The position numbers were made by a program, and so were the translations under genes. Positions 50,828-62,447 of a stretch of 64,000 bases of DNA are shown piece after piece. Origin of the DNA: Massalongia carnosa (taxonomy: Eukaryota); NCBI GenBank assembly GCA_965645245.1, contig OZ287068.1, positions 1,302,001 through 1,366,000 on the forward strand, given 5' to 3'. Numbering within the stretch: the stretch's first letter is position 1; each line of letters starts with the position of its first letter. The notes below the pieces were generated by a model. It searched no databases and had not been told where the DNA came from. It worked only from the letters and a program-made list of their open reading frames with translations.

Positions 50828-53489
50828 TCATTTAGTCCCTACACTCGGCATGGAGTAAACCCCATTTTGGAAATTAGGCATGGGCAGCCCATTACTCAGA
50901 GGGGGAGTGTTTATGCTAGCATGAACATTGGGAGGAAGAGAGTGCTGTCCCTCGGGCAAGCTAGCGATAGCGGATGGCGGTGGCTTCGGGGGAAGATGCG
51001 CTGGTGTGCCCCATTTTGATAGTGAATTGGTAAGTGGTGCGGTAGGACCATTAGTGTGTGCTGAAGTCTTCCGGCTACTGTAGGGTTTTGAGTCATGGCT
51101 TGGATTGAAAGCACTTTGCGTAGGTCCTGAGGGTATCTGTGAGCATGCGTCTGGGTGTCGACCATATGGCGAAATCAGATTACCATTCGAAAACATCATC
51201 CCTGCTCTTGCAGTTGGTTCGTTAGGTCTACCACCGTATGACATCGTCTGAGGCGTGTTCCCAGAACCAGGCACAAAAGCTCTGATTTGCGGATTGAAAG
51301 TTTGACGAGTATAACTCCCAGGGAGCGGATGCGGCGCTCTTCCACCTTGTACACTCGACTGATAAGGTAGCTGCCCATAGGGATAAGGCACCGGGTGCAA
51401 GGCGGCCGTGGATGTTTGATCATGCATTGCGGGCGGATAGTACTGTTGCTGTTCCCTTGGCCTTTGATAGGGGTAGGGATAGGTACCTTGGGGCCATTGC
51501 TGATCAGACATCTGTGACTGTGGTCGAGAAAGCTGAACGTTATTACTTAACGCTGGCGAAGACATGGCCGGCGAATGGGGACCCATGGGTATTTGCGGCT
51601 GGATGGGCTGGTAGTACTGAGTTGCCTGGTGGTAACCAGGAAATGCAGTAGGATTTACGGTCTGCGCACTGAAAGTAGATGCATTCATTAGAGGAATCTG
51701 CTGCATCGGCATCGAGAAAGCCGGCGGGTTTTGCATGGCCTGGTATCCTTGTGGGTAGGGTTGTTGCAACATCGGAGCACTGAGTGGCGCGGCTTGATTC
51801 ATCCCAAGGTGAGGTTGGCCACTATAAGGGCTATAATAGGTCGCTGGGCTGACCGGTTGATCGTATGTTGACGCAGGATACTGTAAAGTAGGATAATAAG
51901 CGTTGAATTTCGACCGTGCTTCAAATCCATCATCATGATTTCTCTGCTTCTTTTTTTTTTTTTCATTCACCGAGCTGGCACGGGATACTTCGTTCGATAC
52001 TTCGTTGGCATCAGCAGCCTCAATGGGGTCATTATCTTCAAAGCCTTTGAAAATACGCTCTCTGGTTTCTTTGTACTTTGCTTCTCTTTCCTCTCGAGTC
52101 ATAGCCGCCTTGTCTTTTGCAGCCACAGAATCTGTTGGAGATACAACGCCAGTCCCTCGCTGACTGCCATCCCCAGTCTCGGAGCCTGTTTTGGAGGGAG
52201 CCATTGAGTTTTCTGTGGTGTTAGGTCCTGACCCGAGGGATTGGCCGTCCTTATCTAGCCCTGCTCGACGCATAATTTTCATTGTTGGCTGAAACGAGAC
52301 TGGATCGGTAGAAGTTGGCTGTCTTGAGATAGCTGACAATGGTGGAGGACTTCATGATTTACAATTAGCCATAAGAAGACTTTGGATAGTTGATTTAAAC
52401 TCACATTCGGCAGTATGGCGTTCGATATAATCGCACTGAGCTAACTGCATTATCGACAAAGTGAGTCAGTGCATAATAATCAGCCAATTTATGCGCAAGC
52501 AACCGACAGAAGGAATTGCACGGAGGCAAATCTATCATCGGTTCGCTGGATATTATATTCAGCATTACCCCACCAGTTGAAAGAAGTGTGCTTACGTTGA
52601 ATCTCTAACGAATGTGATTACTTCCTGTTCTAAACGTAGAAGGAACAAACGATCCTTGGGAGATTCGAGTGCCTCAAATAACTTTTCGTCCGGTTCTTGA
52701 TATTGAAATCCAAACGCAGCCCCAGGAGGGGCAATAACTTCCGATCGTGGAAGAACAACTGGCGTTGGTAGAGCAGAGGCCAAAGGGGGAAGAGTCATTT
52801 GCGGTGCCTCTTCCTTGATCCCAGGTATCCCTCGACGACTCACTGGATATGATCGATGGGGGCCTGGGCCCATTCTTTCCGATATCTCATAAAATTGATC
52901 TCTAAATGCTCGACTCCCGGCCTCAGATCCTACCCTCGAGCTTGCTGCCCCTGATGCGGGGCCAGAATATAAATCCTCATCATCCGCAGCTTTGACACTA
53001 GCGCTATCATCGGGCCTAAGCGACTCCTTTTCATCCAAAGCAAAAGTGGTTCCAGACGTCGCGCTTTTGCCATCAAGACTTGCCGGCTTTGTAGACGATG
53101 AGGAGATTTGAGTTTGATCATCATCGCATTTAAGCCCAATTCGAATGGAATTACGTTGGTCATGTTCAGGCATGGGGCTAGACGACGGAGATTTCTCTCG
53201 GACAACAAGCCGGGACATTGAAGTCCGGAGTTCTCCATGCAACTGTGATGCTGAGGGGCTTTCGGCCACTGTAGCTTTAGTTGACAGTGCAGGCGAAGTA
53301 GTATTTGCTGTTTTCCGTAAGTTTTCTTCCCGCACTATAAGACCCCGACCAGCCTGCGCTGGAGCAGCCATAGCGGCGATCTACCATATGTTAGCTAATC
53401 TATGAAATACGAAATTGCAGTAGAAAAGAAGTCCATACGCTTGCAAAGGACGGTTTAGAGCCATTCATTTTAGGCGCGTGCGTTGCCAT
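50828..53489 (-). CDS. R3H + SUZ domain RNA-binding protein (Rbs1/Encore-like)
   Basis: Exon 1 MATHAPKMNGSKPSFAS; FALDEKESLRPDDSASV; PKDRLFLLRLEQ; R3H DLPPCNSFCRLLAHKLADYYAL; SUZ MKIMRR...TREEREAKYKETRERIF; P/Q-rich tail. Three introns. Confidence 0.88.
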
Positions 53490-54353
53490 AATACGCCAAA
53501 AGATCTATCGCCCACACAAATGAATGATATTAAGACAGACACAACCCTTTCCCGGAAATGCAGTAAAGGAGCGTAAAAGTTGGTATTTAGAAGGCTAGAG
53601 GTCAAGGAGAGGACATCTCAAAACTTTTCGACGGCGTCGAAGAAAGATTCTTTGACATTATGGAGGCTCGCCATGTGATCTCACAGAGCCTATGCAACAG
53701 TGACGCTCCTCAAAGCACGGTGATCGTCTTGTTGAGTAGCACAAAGAAAACCTGCACAAAAAGAATCTGGGTGCTACCACGCTCAGAACCCTATTCCGGT
53801 TTCTTTTCAGTGTGACTATTGGAGAGAATCGGTCTTGCGCTGTATTCAGTGAAGAGTCTCATGTAGTAGAATCGCATCCAGGAGAGGCTGGAGGTGTAAG
53901 AATACCTCTGGAATGGAAGTGTAACAAAGTGTGTCGTTCTTCCGTATGAAGTGACTCCAGCCTTATTCGTCACTAGCGGGGATCTCCGTAATCCGTACAT
54001 GATTAGTTAGTTAAATCTAGTTAGCGTGTGGCCATACGTTCCCATCTATACTGCGTACAGAGTAACTACCAGTGAGTGAAGCCATTCGCTTAGCGGAGAT
54101 GTTTTCGTACTCGTACATCAGGACAAATGCGTATTGCCGGTTACCCCCAATTCATCAACTCGTTCAAACCAGCCCTCCTTAACCTCACGTTGGCAGTTGA
54201 AACACTATTATATAACATACTGTTCTTGCTGTAGGGCATGAGTTAGTATCAGTGCTACTTTGTAATTTCTCGGTTTTCTTTAACTAGAAAGATTCTTCCA
54301 TAAGCGGCTTCGTTAGGCTGTATCGTCTTATATTCATTATTGGGATTAAATAG

Positions 54354-55573
54354 ATGAATCGCTTCCGTGGTCCGTTTGCTGCCGGACAATCAAAGGCGAC
54401 AGGACAAACCCTCTGTCAGAAATGTCTGCAACGAGATAAGTGGCTGAAGAAATGAATCTAGCCTATTAAATTCTAATATTGGGTTACGGCACTATAGTTT
54501 CGAGTGCAAGGCGACTGCTCAAGATAGGCCGTATGCATCCAGGCCGTCACGAACACAACAGCTTGCGAATCCAAAACTGGTCCCAAAACTGACAAGCGAT
54601 ATCCCAAACGACCTGCTGCGAAAGTATGGTTTGACTATAACTTTAGATAGAAAACATGCTGATGGCGTGTAGAAAGGGGGTCGCTGACGAGCAGCTGGCA
54701 AAAAATGAGGCTGAACGAGGAAGGAAACGCAAAACGGACGAAAATGAACCTCCAAATGGGTTACGAAAGCATTCAAAGTCACTATCATCACATTCATCTT
54801 CCTCAGTCTCAACCATATCTACCAATCTATCACGTTCCCCCCGACCTTCCAAACGTCGTTCCAAATCAAGGCTAAGTCATCTCCCGTTAAGCTCCGTTGA
54901 AAATCGCAAACGTAGGAGGAGCTCTAGTCACTCGTCAATGTCCTACACATCCGAATCCTCAGTTGGAAAAAGACACCAGGATCGTCCCCGAGACGCAGGC
55001 CGTCAAGTCCGACGTAGGCGTGCTTCAATCAGTCCTGGCGACCGTGGCAGAGAAAGGGGGCATCCCAGCAATGGTAGTCACAGGCGTAGAAGACGCTCAA
55101 CTTCGTCATCATCTTATACTTCCGAGTCTTCCTTTGAGAGAAGGAGACGTAAAGACCGTTCTATGAATAGGGATGTTGATATGAGCCGTCGTCGCTCGTC
55201 TATGAGTCCAGATCTGCGGGGGAGTGATCGGGGGTTTGTTGCAAAGAGAAGTAACCGACGAACAAGAAGCCGTAGTCATAGCCGAGATAGAAGCCAGGTT
55301 GCTCGAAATCGTCTGTCAATGACTCCTGGACCGTCTACAAGTTTAAACCGAGGCCATCGGACCCCAAAAGTCTCCGATTCCATGGCCAGGGACCGTGGAT
55401 CACGATATGCCAATGATAACGATCGGTATGGAAGCAGCTTCAGGGAAGCAAATCGGAACAACCCCAGAGCTGCGCGGCCTGCCCCGTTTTCTCGGCCACA
55501 GCAGAAGGGAAGGAGTCTGAGCCCCTTCAGCAAGCGTTTGGCGTTAACCCAAGCTATGAATATGGGTGCTTAG
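54354..55573 (+). CDS. CCHC zinc-knuckle, Arg/Ser-rich nuclear protein (SREK1IP1/ZCCHC10-like)
   Basis: Exons 54354-54435, 54488-54623 and 54673-55573. The spliced product reads CQKCLQRGHYSFECK...RPYASRPSRTQQL, then an RS-rich region and C-terminal RSLSPFSKRLALTQAMN. The first intron is AT-AC. Confidence 0.88.
54436..54487 (+). other. Non-canonical AT-AC intron with U2-type signals
   Basis: 5' ATAAGT, branch CTAAT at 54473-54477, 3' TTAC. Removing it restores the CX2CX4HX4C knuckle in frame. Confidence 0.8.
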
Positions 55574-55805
55574 TTTTATAGAATGTTCTCGTACTAGCGT
55601 CGGCGTTAACGGAAGACTGCAGTGCAGAGGGTTTTGCCAGGCTATCCAGATGTAGCGACAGAGTCGCAGATGACCAGATCAATGCAGGTCCATGATTATT
55701 GAGTTTAATATTTTTATACGTCGATTCCGTGATCAAGTCCATGCTGAAATGCCGAATCGCTCAGGATGAAATAAATCAAGTCCACCAGGTACCTTATCAA
55801 CAGTA

Positions 55806-56420
55806 CTAATCCATCTCTTCGTTTTCCCTTTCCCTCCTCTCCTCTTCCTCCTCCCGTTCACGAACATGCACTCCCTCCACCAGCTCCTCCCCCTTTATAC
55901 CCATCTCTTCTTCCCCGCTTCCCTGTGATTTCCGCTTCGCCGCCTCGATTCTATCTCTCACCAACCTCGCAATTGCGTTCTCAGTCCGCGCATTCAGTCT
56001 TTCCATCTTCCGCGCAACATCCCGCTTCAAATCCCAATTCGGTTTTTTAGGCTGCAATCGAAATAAATCAATGGGCTTCTCCTCCTTCTCTTCTTTCTCC
56101 GCTTGCCGATTCGTCTCCTCTGCTATTTGTGCCGCGCGGTCTTCTAGCGTTTCTTGATTCTCGGTAGGGGCGACCTCAAAGCCAAGTTTTGGTCCACGGG
56201 TGGTGGGATCATAATTACGCCCCGAGAGGTAATTTGTGATAACTGACGGAGGCGAAGAAGTGGTAATGGTATTCGATGAGGATTCTTCAACAATCGTGTT
56301 CCAGCGATCTTCGGCGCGAGTAGAGCTGTCAGGTTGCTTGCGTTTTAGTGATTTGAGCTTTGCAAGGCGGGCCTTGCGTTCCGTTGACGCTGCATCAAGT
56401 GAAGCATGGGTAGACGCCAT
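55806..56420 (-). CDS. cwf18: Pre-mRNA splicing factor Cwf18 (CCDC12 family)
   Basis: ERKARLAKLKSLKRK; YLSGRNYDP; IDLFRLQPKKPNWDLKRDVARKMERLNARTENAIARLVRDRI. Confidence 0.93.
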   Translation of the reverse strand: MASTHASLDAASTERKARLAKLKSLKRKQPDSSTRAEDRWNTIVEESSSNTITTSSPPSVITNYLSGRNYDPTTRGPKLGFEVAPTENQETLEDRAAQIAEETNRQAEKEEKEEKPIDLFRLQPKKPNWDLKRDVARKMERLNARTENAIARLVRDRIEAAKRKSQGSGEEEMGIKGEELVEGVHVREREEEEERRERENEEMD

Positions 56421-56657
56421 TGACTTATATTAGAAGGAACTAGCAGTTATTCAAATTCGGAAGGAATATCGCGGTTATGATCTCGTACATAATGATCCAA
56501 GACACATGAGGGGAGTTAAACCTTGAAATGTAGGGCTGATGGTTTGCGGGCCGAGATTTCCAAGCCATTTTAAAAAAAAAAAGGAAAACTGAGATCATAA
56601 ACTTCAAAATCAGGCTTTAAACCAGGACGATGTGCCCTTGAGAGGCGTAACCCCTTT

Positions 56658-59084
56658 ATGCTCACCCTCAATTCGCATATATCAATTTGCCGTATACGTT
56701 CCTGCTTACTATTTCGACTATTCATAGCAGTCGCTACCGCTCCATCCGCCATACAGCCCCAATCCTCCAGTTATCACACCACAGCTACGATCTGGCATCA
56801 GCGTCAAGTAAACCCTCCAGGTTTAGTCCAAAAGGGAGTGAAGGATGTTTTCAGCGGAAGGGAGGGGCTGCGCTGCAACATTTTAGATCGTTCTAAATCT
56901 GCAGGTGAAGGAGGCTTTGACTCCAAAACAAGCACATCGGGTCGAGGAGTCTCTAATTTAGATAAACTTTCAGGCCATCAATCAAAAAATGCTGCTCCCA
57001 ATAGGAGAAGGGATACTACAAAAATACTATTCGCTAGAAATAGGAAATCTCCAAAACATTTGTCAGGAAATATTTCTGCAGACACGCCTTGGGTCTCCAC
57101 TGATGAATTGCATCCTACGAAATCTCTGCAGCATATGCAGAGCACACGGGCCGAATCCAGGGACAGCAATGGGCGGGTTTACTTTCATGTTGGTGTCGAC
57201 AAGGAGAATTCTACTCGAGGCGGACCCGGGACATTATCTAAGCGACCTAGACTTGTTTCCATAAGATCCTTCCGGAATCTAACGACGAGGCATATAAAAG
57301 ATAATGATCTCGACGACTTTTCGACATTTTGGTCCAAGAAGTACGTTTTCATGGCTAAGCAACAGCAATCTCGAGACATTGTGCCGAACGCTAGATTTAG
57401 AAGAGGAGTCTTGAGTATGGTCAACCTCGACATGGATCGAGGAACTATTGCACGCAAGTGGTTAAGTCATGATCCAGCAACACGGAACCGACTTTGGGAA
57501 AAAATGATGCTTCTAGCCTTGCAGCGCTATCCAGAGCGCGCTTTGAAAGCTTTAGACGTGGCAATATTATTCTGCGTTCCTAAAATCCCAAGGCATAGAA
57601 TCGAAGATTGCCTGGACCACCTCGCTGCCATCTATCTCGAGCGTGTCAAGAACCCTCCTCCTTGGCATATCAACATGATATATCATCTAGTGTACAATTT
57701 TGCCAAGACTTCTCGAGTAGAAGACGAGGAAGCCAATTCAATCCCGCAGCGAACAGTCTATTGGGTCTTACATCATTTTGATGTTGAGCAAGTGCAGACT
57801 CTATACGAGGTACTATGCAGCCAGCGGATTCGTATATACCCCATGACTTTACTACATTTTTTAGCCAGGTTCATGGACCAGGGGGAACTACCATTATCAA
57901 TAGATGTTCTTGAAAGAATCAGCAAGTCTGGCATTGATACAAGCTTAGATCCTGTTCAATCTGCATGCGTCAAGCTGATACGCGTTCATATTGGCAGCAA
58001 TAATAATAATTCTTTGCCTAAAGAATTGTATAGAACTCGCACCTATATTCTAGCTCAGATTCTTCAAATGGGTATCTGCCCTGCTATCGCCATGTATAAT
58101 GCTATGCTACTAAATACTATAGAGGCTTCCGAATATCAACTTCTAATGCCCTTCTATAAGACGATTATTGAGAACGGCCTAAAACCAAATAGGACCACAT
58201 ATGCCTACCTACTTAGAGGAGTAAAAGAGAGCTTGGACTACGATATTTTTAGAGTTGTTGCCCAAGATGCAGAAGCTGATGGTACTTTACATCGCGATCC
58301 ACGCCTAGTTTGCGATCTCCTCGAAGCTATCTTCAAGCTAGAGGAAACCACTGGCCAACGGGTGTTCTTTGATAAACTACTGCCGACATACAAAAAATAC
58401 TGCGATTTAAGCCTTCTCCAAAGCTTAGGTCTAACAGAAGCTCTCGTAGATGACCCAGAAGCTCCGGATTATCCAGTTATGTCGCCGTCACCGAGAACTT
58501 TAGGCCTTATGCTCATAGCATATATCAAGCAGTACCCCACCATCAGAATGTGGAGTATTTACAAGCGGTATCGACGTTTGGTGAAGCAAAGACATCCTCA
58601 GATAACAGTTCTTGCAGGGACTGATCATATCGCTAATGCGTTTTTAATGACCTTCAGAGAGCAGCCTAGGACGTTGCAAAAGGGCACCGCTGTAGTCAAA
58701 GATATGCTGGAGGCCTTCGGCAGTGTCAATCCTGCCAATACCCAAGACTCTGAAGCTTTCAAGTTCGCTGCCCCTTCGGTTCAGACCTGGTCTATTCTTC
58801 TTGCGGGTCATATCCGCCACGGCCAAGCGAGAGCAGCCGAGAAGATCCTGTCAATGATGCGCAGTAGAGGCTTAGAGCCTACTCAGGTCACCTGGAATAG
58901 CCTCATTTCTGGGTACGCGGCGATGCAAGACATTAACAGCGCCGTAAATACAGTTCAGAGGATGGAGGCAGAGGATTATTCGATGGATAGCTACACTTTG
59001 AAAGGCTTAGGACGATTTCACAACCGAGCTCGCTTGTTGCAGGCGTTGAAGGATACTTTAGGAGACAAGCTGGAGGCTGAGTAG
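56658..59084 (+). CDS. Mitochondrial pentatricopeptide-repeat (PPR) protein
   Basis: 808-aa ORF with a presequence-like N-terminus and PPR repeats such as GLKPNRTTYAYLL, PSVQTWSILLAGH..HGQARAAEKILSMMRSRGLEP and TQVTWNSLISGYA. Confidence 0.88.
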   Translation: MLTLNSHISICRIRSCLLFRLFIAVATAPSAIQPQSSSYHTTATIWHQRQVNPPGLVQKGVKDVFSGREGLRCNILDRSKSAGEGGFDSKTSTSGRGVSNLDKLSGHQSKNAAPNRRRDTTKILFARNRKSPKHLSGNISADTPWVSTDELHPTKSLQHMQSTRAESRDSNGRVYFHVGVDKENSTRGGPGTLSKRPRLVSIRSFRNLTTRHIKDNDLDDFSTFWSKKYVFMAKQQQSRDIVPNARFRRGVLSMVNLDMDRGTIARKWLSHDPATRNRLWEKMMLLALQRYPERALKALDVAILFCVPKIPRHRIEDCLDHLAAIYLERVKNPPPWHINMIYHLVYNFAKTSRVEDEEANSIPQRTVYWVLHHFDVEQVQTLYEVLCSQRIRIYPMTLLHFLARFMDQGELPLSIDVLERISKSGIDTSLDPVQSACVKLIRVHIGSNNNNSLPKELYRTRTYILAQILQMGICPAIAMYNAMLLNTIEASEYQLLMPFYKTIIENGLKPNRTTYAYLLRGVKESLDYDIFRVVAQDAEADGTLHRDPRLVCDLLEAIFKLEETTGQRVFFDKLLPTYKKYCDLSLLQSLGLTEALVDDPEAPDYPVMSPSPRTLGLMLIAYIKQYPTIRMWSIYKRYRRLVKQRHPQITVLAGTDHIANAFLMTFREQPRTLQKGTAVVKDMLEAFGSVNPANTQDSEAFKFAAPSVQTWSILLAGHIRHGQARAAEKILSMMRSRGLEPTQVTWNSLISGYAAMQDINSAVNTVQRMEAEDYSMDSYTLKGLGRFHNRARLLQALKDTLGDKLEAE

Positions 59085-60396
59085 GTGGAGAAGAAGAACA
59101 TGAAAGATAAAAAGCCAAGAAGCAATCTTACCAAGCTCGGTAGCTTTGCGTTTGGGTGGATGGTGAATTATTACCGTAAAAAGCTCTACCCATGCAAATC
59201 AGTGCCTTTCTTACTTTTCTATACATACTTAACCTCCCTCGGAATCCTACATTGAAGTCCAGACGTTCAATTATTCACTCACCCTAATCCCTCATTTTCC
59301 TTCCAAAATAATAACCATTCTTTTATCCGCCCCTTCACCTCATCCTAACCCTCCAGATGAATAAATCGCTGTTCCAGATAGAAAGAAAGAAGAAAAAATC
59401 CCTATCATCCCATCATCCCCTCTCCTTTTCCCCCATCTCCAACCCAGAATATCCTTCATTCGTCCATCCACTTGCAGATTCCCACGCCCGAAATAGAGGG
59501 GCGTAAGGAACGGATATGCTGAAAGGGGTTTGGGGTTATGGTATGTTATATGGTATGTGGATGGGGGGTTGTTTTTTATTTTTTTTTATTTTTGGTGGGA
59601 GTTTTGGTAGAGGAAGTGATGAGAGGTGGAATTGATCTATTAGTTGAGAAGGAGGAAGGTGGCATACGTTGGATCGGTAGGAGAAAGGAGGGGAAGAGAG
59701 CGGGTGAGTTGTAAATTTGGGGCTTTTCTATTATTATTTGAAACCTAGGGGGAGAGGAATAGTGCATGAGGATTTTGCCCGGGGGGGCAATCTTTAGGTG
59801 GACTCTAGGCAGGTGCCTAGGCTGGAGTTTGATTTAGTTGATTGATTGCAGGAGAAGGATCGTGTTGGGGTAGGAGGGGTTGCTGGTTGTGATGAATTGG
59901 AGGAGGAGGGAAATGATGATTGGGTATACAATAAGGCTCACCAGATCGTCTGGGAAGAAAATGCTCACATGTGACTGACTTTTTCGCTGCCGTGAAGTAA
60001 GGGGAAGTCTCAGACGGGAGGGAATGGAGGTTGAGGCTATTTTTCCTTATTCGGGTAGGCAGGCAGTTTCTTCTCTCATGCTCTCTGTAGCCGAATCACA
60101 TGGAGGATGACATGAACGAAGGAAGATTGTGATGGTAGGATTGTTCCTGGAGATAAGGTGAATGGAACCTGATTATCCATAGCACTATTAACAAGAATAT
60201 TTCCTCCCCCCCTTCACCCTAACCAAGCTATTTTCTGATAAAAACAATTCCTCACGTATCGCTCGATCTCCAGCTCTCTAGTAGTCGATCAACTTTGCCT
60301 TAGCCGAGCAACAAGTACAGTGTTGTCTGGCTACCCGGTCCAGCCCAATCCAAACACCTAGAACTCCACCGCCAATGAAAAACCCCATAGTCCACA

Positions 60397-61005
60397 TTAT
60401 CTATTTGCCATGATAGATGCCTAAAGAGATTAGAATGCTAATTAAGCAAAAGATTTACAAAAACGTAAATCCTTTTCTTGAAAGAAAGAAGGGCCGGGAA
60501 ACGGAATGGGAAGAAAACTCACTGCCATAACAATGCAACAGATGCTCACGTAGGGGCTTAGTCGTTCACCTACACGAGCACATTTCCAGAAGGGTCCGAA
60601 GACTCTATAGTATCCCCGTAACAAATACTCGGCGGTCAGCAACCCTATTTTCCCTTCAAGTCTATCGGTCACCCGAATAGACTTTCGATCACGAATAAAT
60701 ATAAGAAATAGAAAAACAACAGCAAAGGACTATTGTTGTTGGACAAGAGAGATCGATCAATTGATAGATAGATAGGTCCCGGCGTGTGGCAAAAGGAATC
60801 AAGTAAACGTACCCATCTCGGTTGCGGTCCATGATCCCGGGGAACACATAGTGCGCATAAGTGCTGGTGCAGATAAGCAACAAGAGCACGAGCAGAAGCG
60901 ATTGGAAGTTGAAAAGGGCGAACTGAAGGCCAGTCAGATTTGTGTTTCTCAACCTCTCTATGCCTGCTTCCTTCACCTCTTCCGAAGAAAAAATGGACCC
61001 ACCAT
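60397..61005 (-). CDS. KSH1: Protein Kish (TMEM167/Ksh1), about 72 aa
   Basis: ATG-only exon (61005-61003), then exons 60922-60813, 60604-~60523 and 60420-60397. Product: MFALFNFQSLLLVLLLLICTSTY...GVFGPFWKCARVGERLSPYVSICCIVMAASIMANR. Confidence 0.9.
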
Positions 61006-61395
61006 ATTACTGATTTCCGAAATTTACCCTTTAGTAGAACATTCACTGCCCACTCGCCTAGTAAAGATTTTTTCTTTTATTAATCAACAAAAACTCTACT
61101 TATCCATCGGCTAGGTCACCTTACAATCGTCTAACGTTAGTTAACCGACAAGCGCGCGGCCCGGCCCGCTTCGAGAGCCGCCTAAATCATCGTTCACCAG
61201 CCAATCATGATGACGTTCAATAACCTACCATCCACGACTCCAACCGAACGCCGTCGCAAATCGGTCATTTTCACCGACGACGTCGCGCCCGAACCATATT
61301 CGGACGATTACGACCACGGTCACGACCACGACCAGGGCCAGGACCATACGTCATCTCCTTCCAAAGACATCAAACCAAATCGTGCCCACCGCAGA

Positions 61396-61934
61396 ATGAC
61401 TGAACCTCGCGCTCGCGCCGCTCGTCATAAAGGCCAGCAGAATTTCCACCCTGAAAGTACTCTACTCCCCCAACCCCCACTACGCTAAACCCCCATCCCC
61501 AATTCCAAAGACTCCGTTAACCCCTTACAGTCACCTCCCTTCTCTACGCCTTCGGCGACGACCCGCACCCTCTCCCCGAAACCGTGCGCCTCCTTGATGA
61601 AATCACAACCGACTTCATTATCGAGACCTGCCACGCGGCCGCGCGCGCCGCGACTGTGTCGCGCCGGCAGAAGATCAAGGTGGAAGATTTTAAGTGGGCG
61701 GTACGCGGCGACGAGCGCATGGTTGGGCGCGTGCGAGAGTTATTGGGGATGGAGCGCGAGTTGAAGGAGGCGAGGAGGCAGTTCGATACGGGGGAGGGGA
61801 AGGTGGGATTGGAGAGGGGGGGAGGGAGCGGTGGGGTGGGGAGGAAGAGAAAGAGGAGGGAGGGGGAGGAGGTGGTGGTGGAGGGGGGAGTGGGGGAGAA
61901 GGGGGAGAGAGGGGGGAAGCGAGTTGCTGTTTAG
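61396..61934 (+). CDS. TAF13: TFIID subunit Taf13 (an in-frame upstream ATG at 61207 could extend the N-terminus)
   Basis: MTEPRARAARHKGQQNF; intron 61457-61530; LLYAFGDDPHPLPETVRLLDEITTDFIIETC...KIKVEDFKWAVR...GRVRELL. Confidence 0.92.
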
Positions 61935-62447
61935 GAAGATCTGATGGGTCATAGAGGCATATCCAGGGCGCTTTTCTCAGGCGGGTAGGTTTCATGCGTT
62001 TTTCTCATAGCGCTGGGAGTTGGTCGATCACATTGCAGCAACCCTTTTGCGGGAGGGGCAACCTCGACTTTAAGGTCGACTGGTTGCAAATTTGCAAACC
62101 ACAAACATCACCCACCGATAAATACGCTGTACAAGTTACACATCGAAACCGGGGCCTTGTATTATTCGCCACAAGGACTTGATGTGTATGCAGTGCTTAA
62201 TGAGCAGGTTCTTGGGTGGATGAGAGAAATCCTAAAGACAGACACTAGTGATGATGGGATCTCATACTTACCGGCCGAAGGGTGGCGGGACCCAATAGTT
62301 CATTCAGATAAGGGAACTCGTGCCTCGATAGGAAAACTTCCCAGAAAAGCCGGATTTGGGTTTTAGGCTCTTCTCTTTCCACTTTTAAACTGATAAATCC
62401 TTGTCACTTACGAGAACACGTTTTTTGTTCAAGCTCAACCAAAACGT

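Noticed and set aside
54436..54487. U12 (minor spliceosome) intron interpretation of the AT-AC intron
   Set aside because: It lacks the ATATCCT donor and TCCTTAAC branch; its signals are U2-like (ATAAGT, CTAAT).
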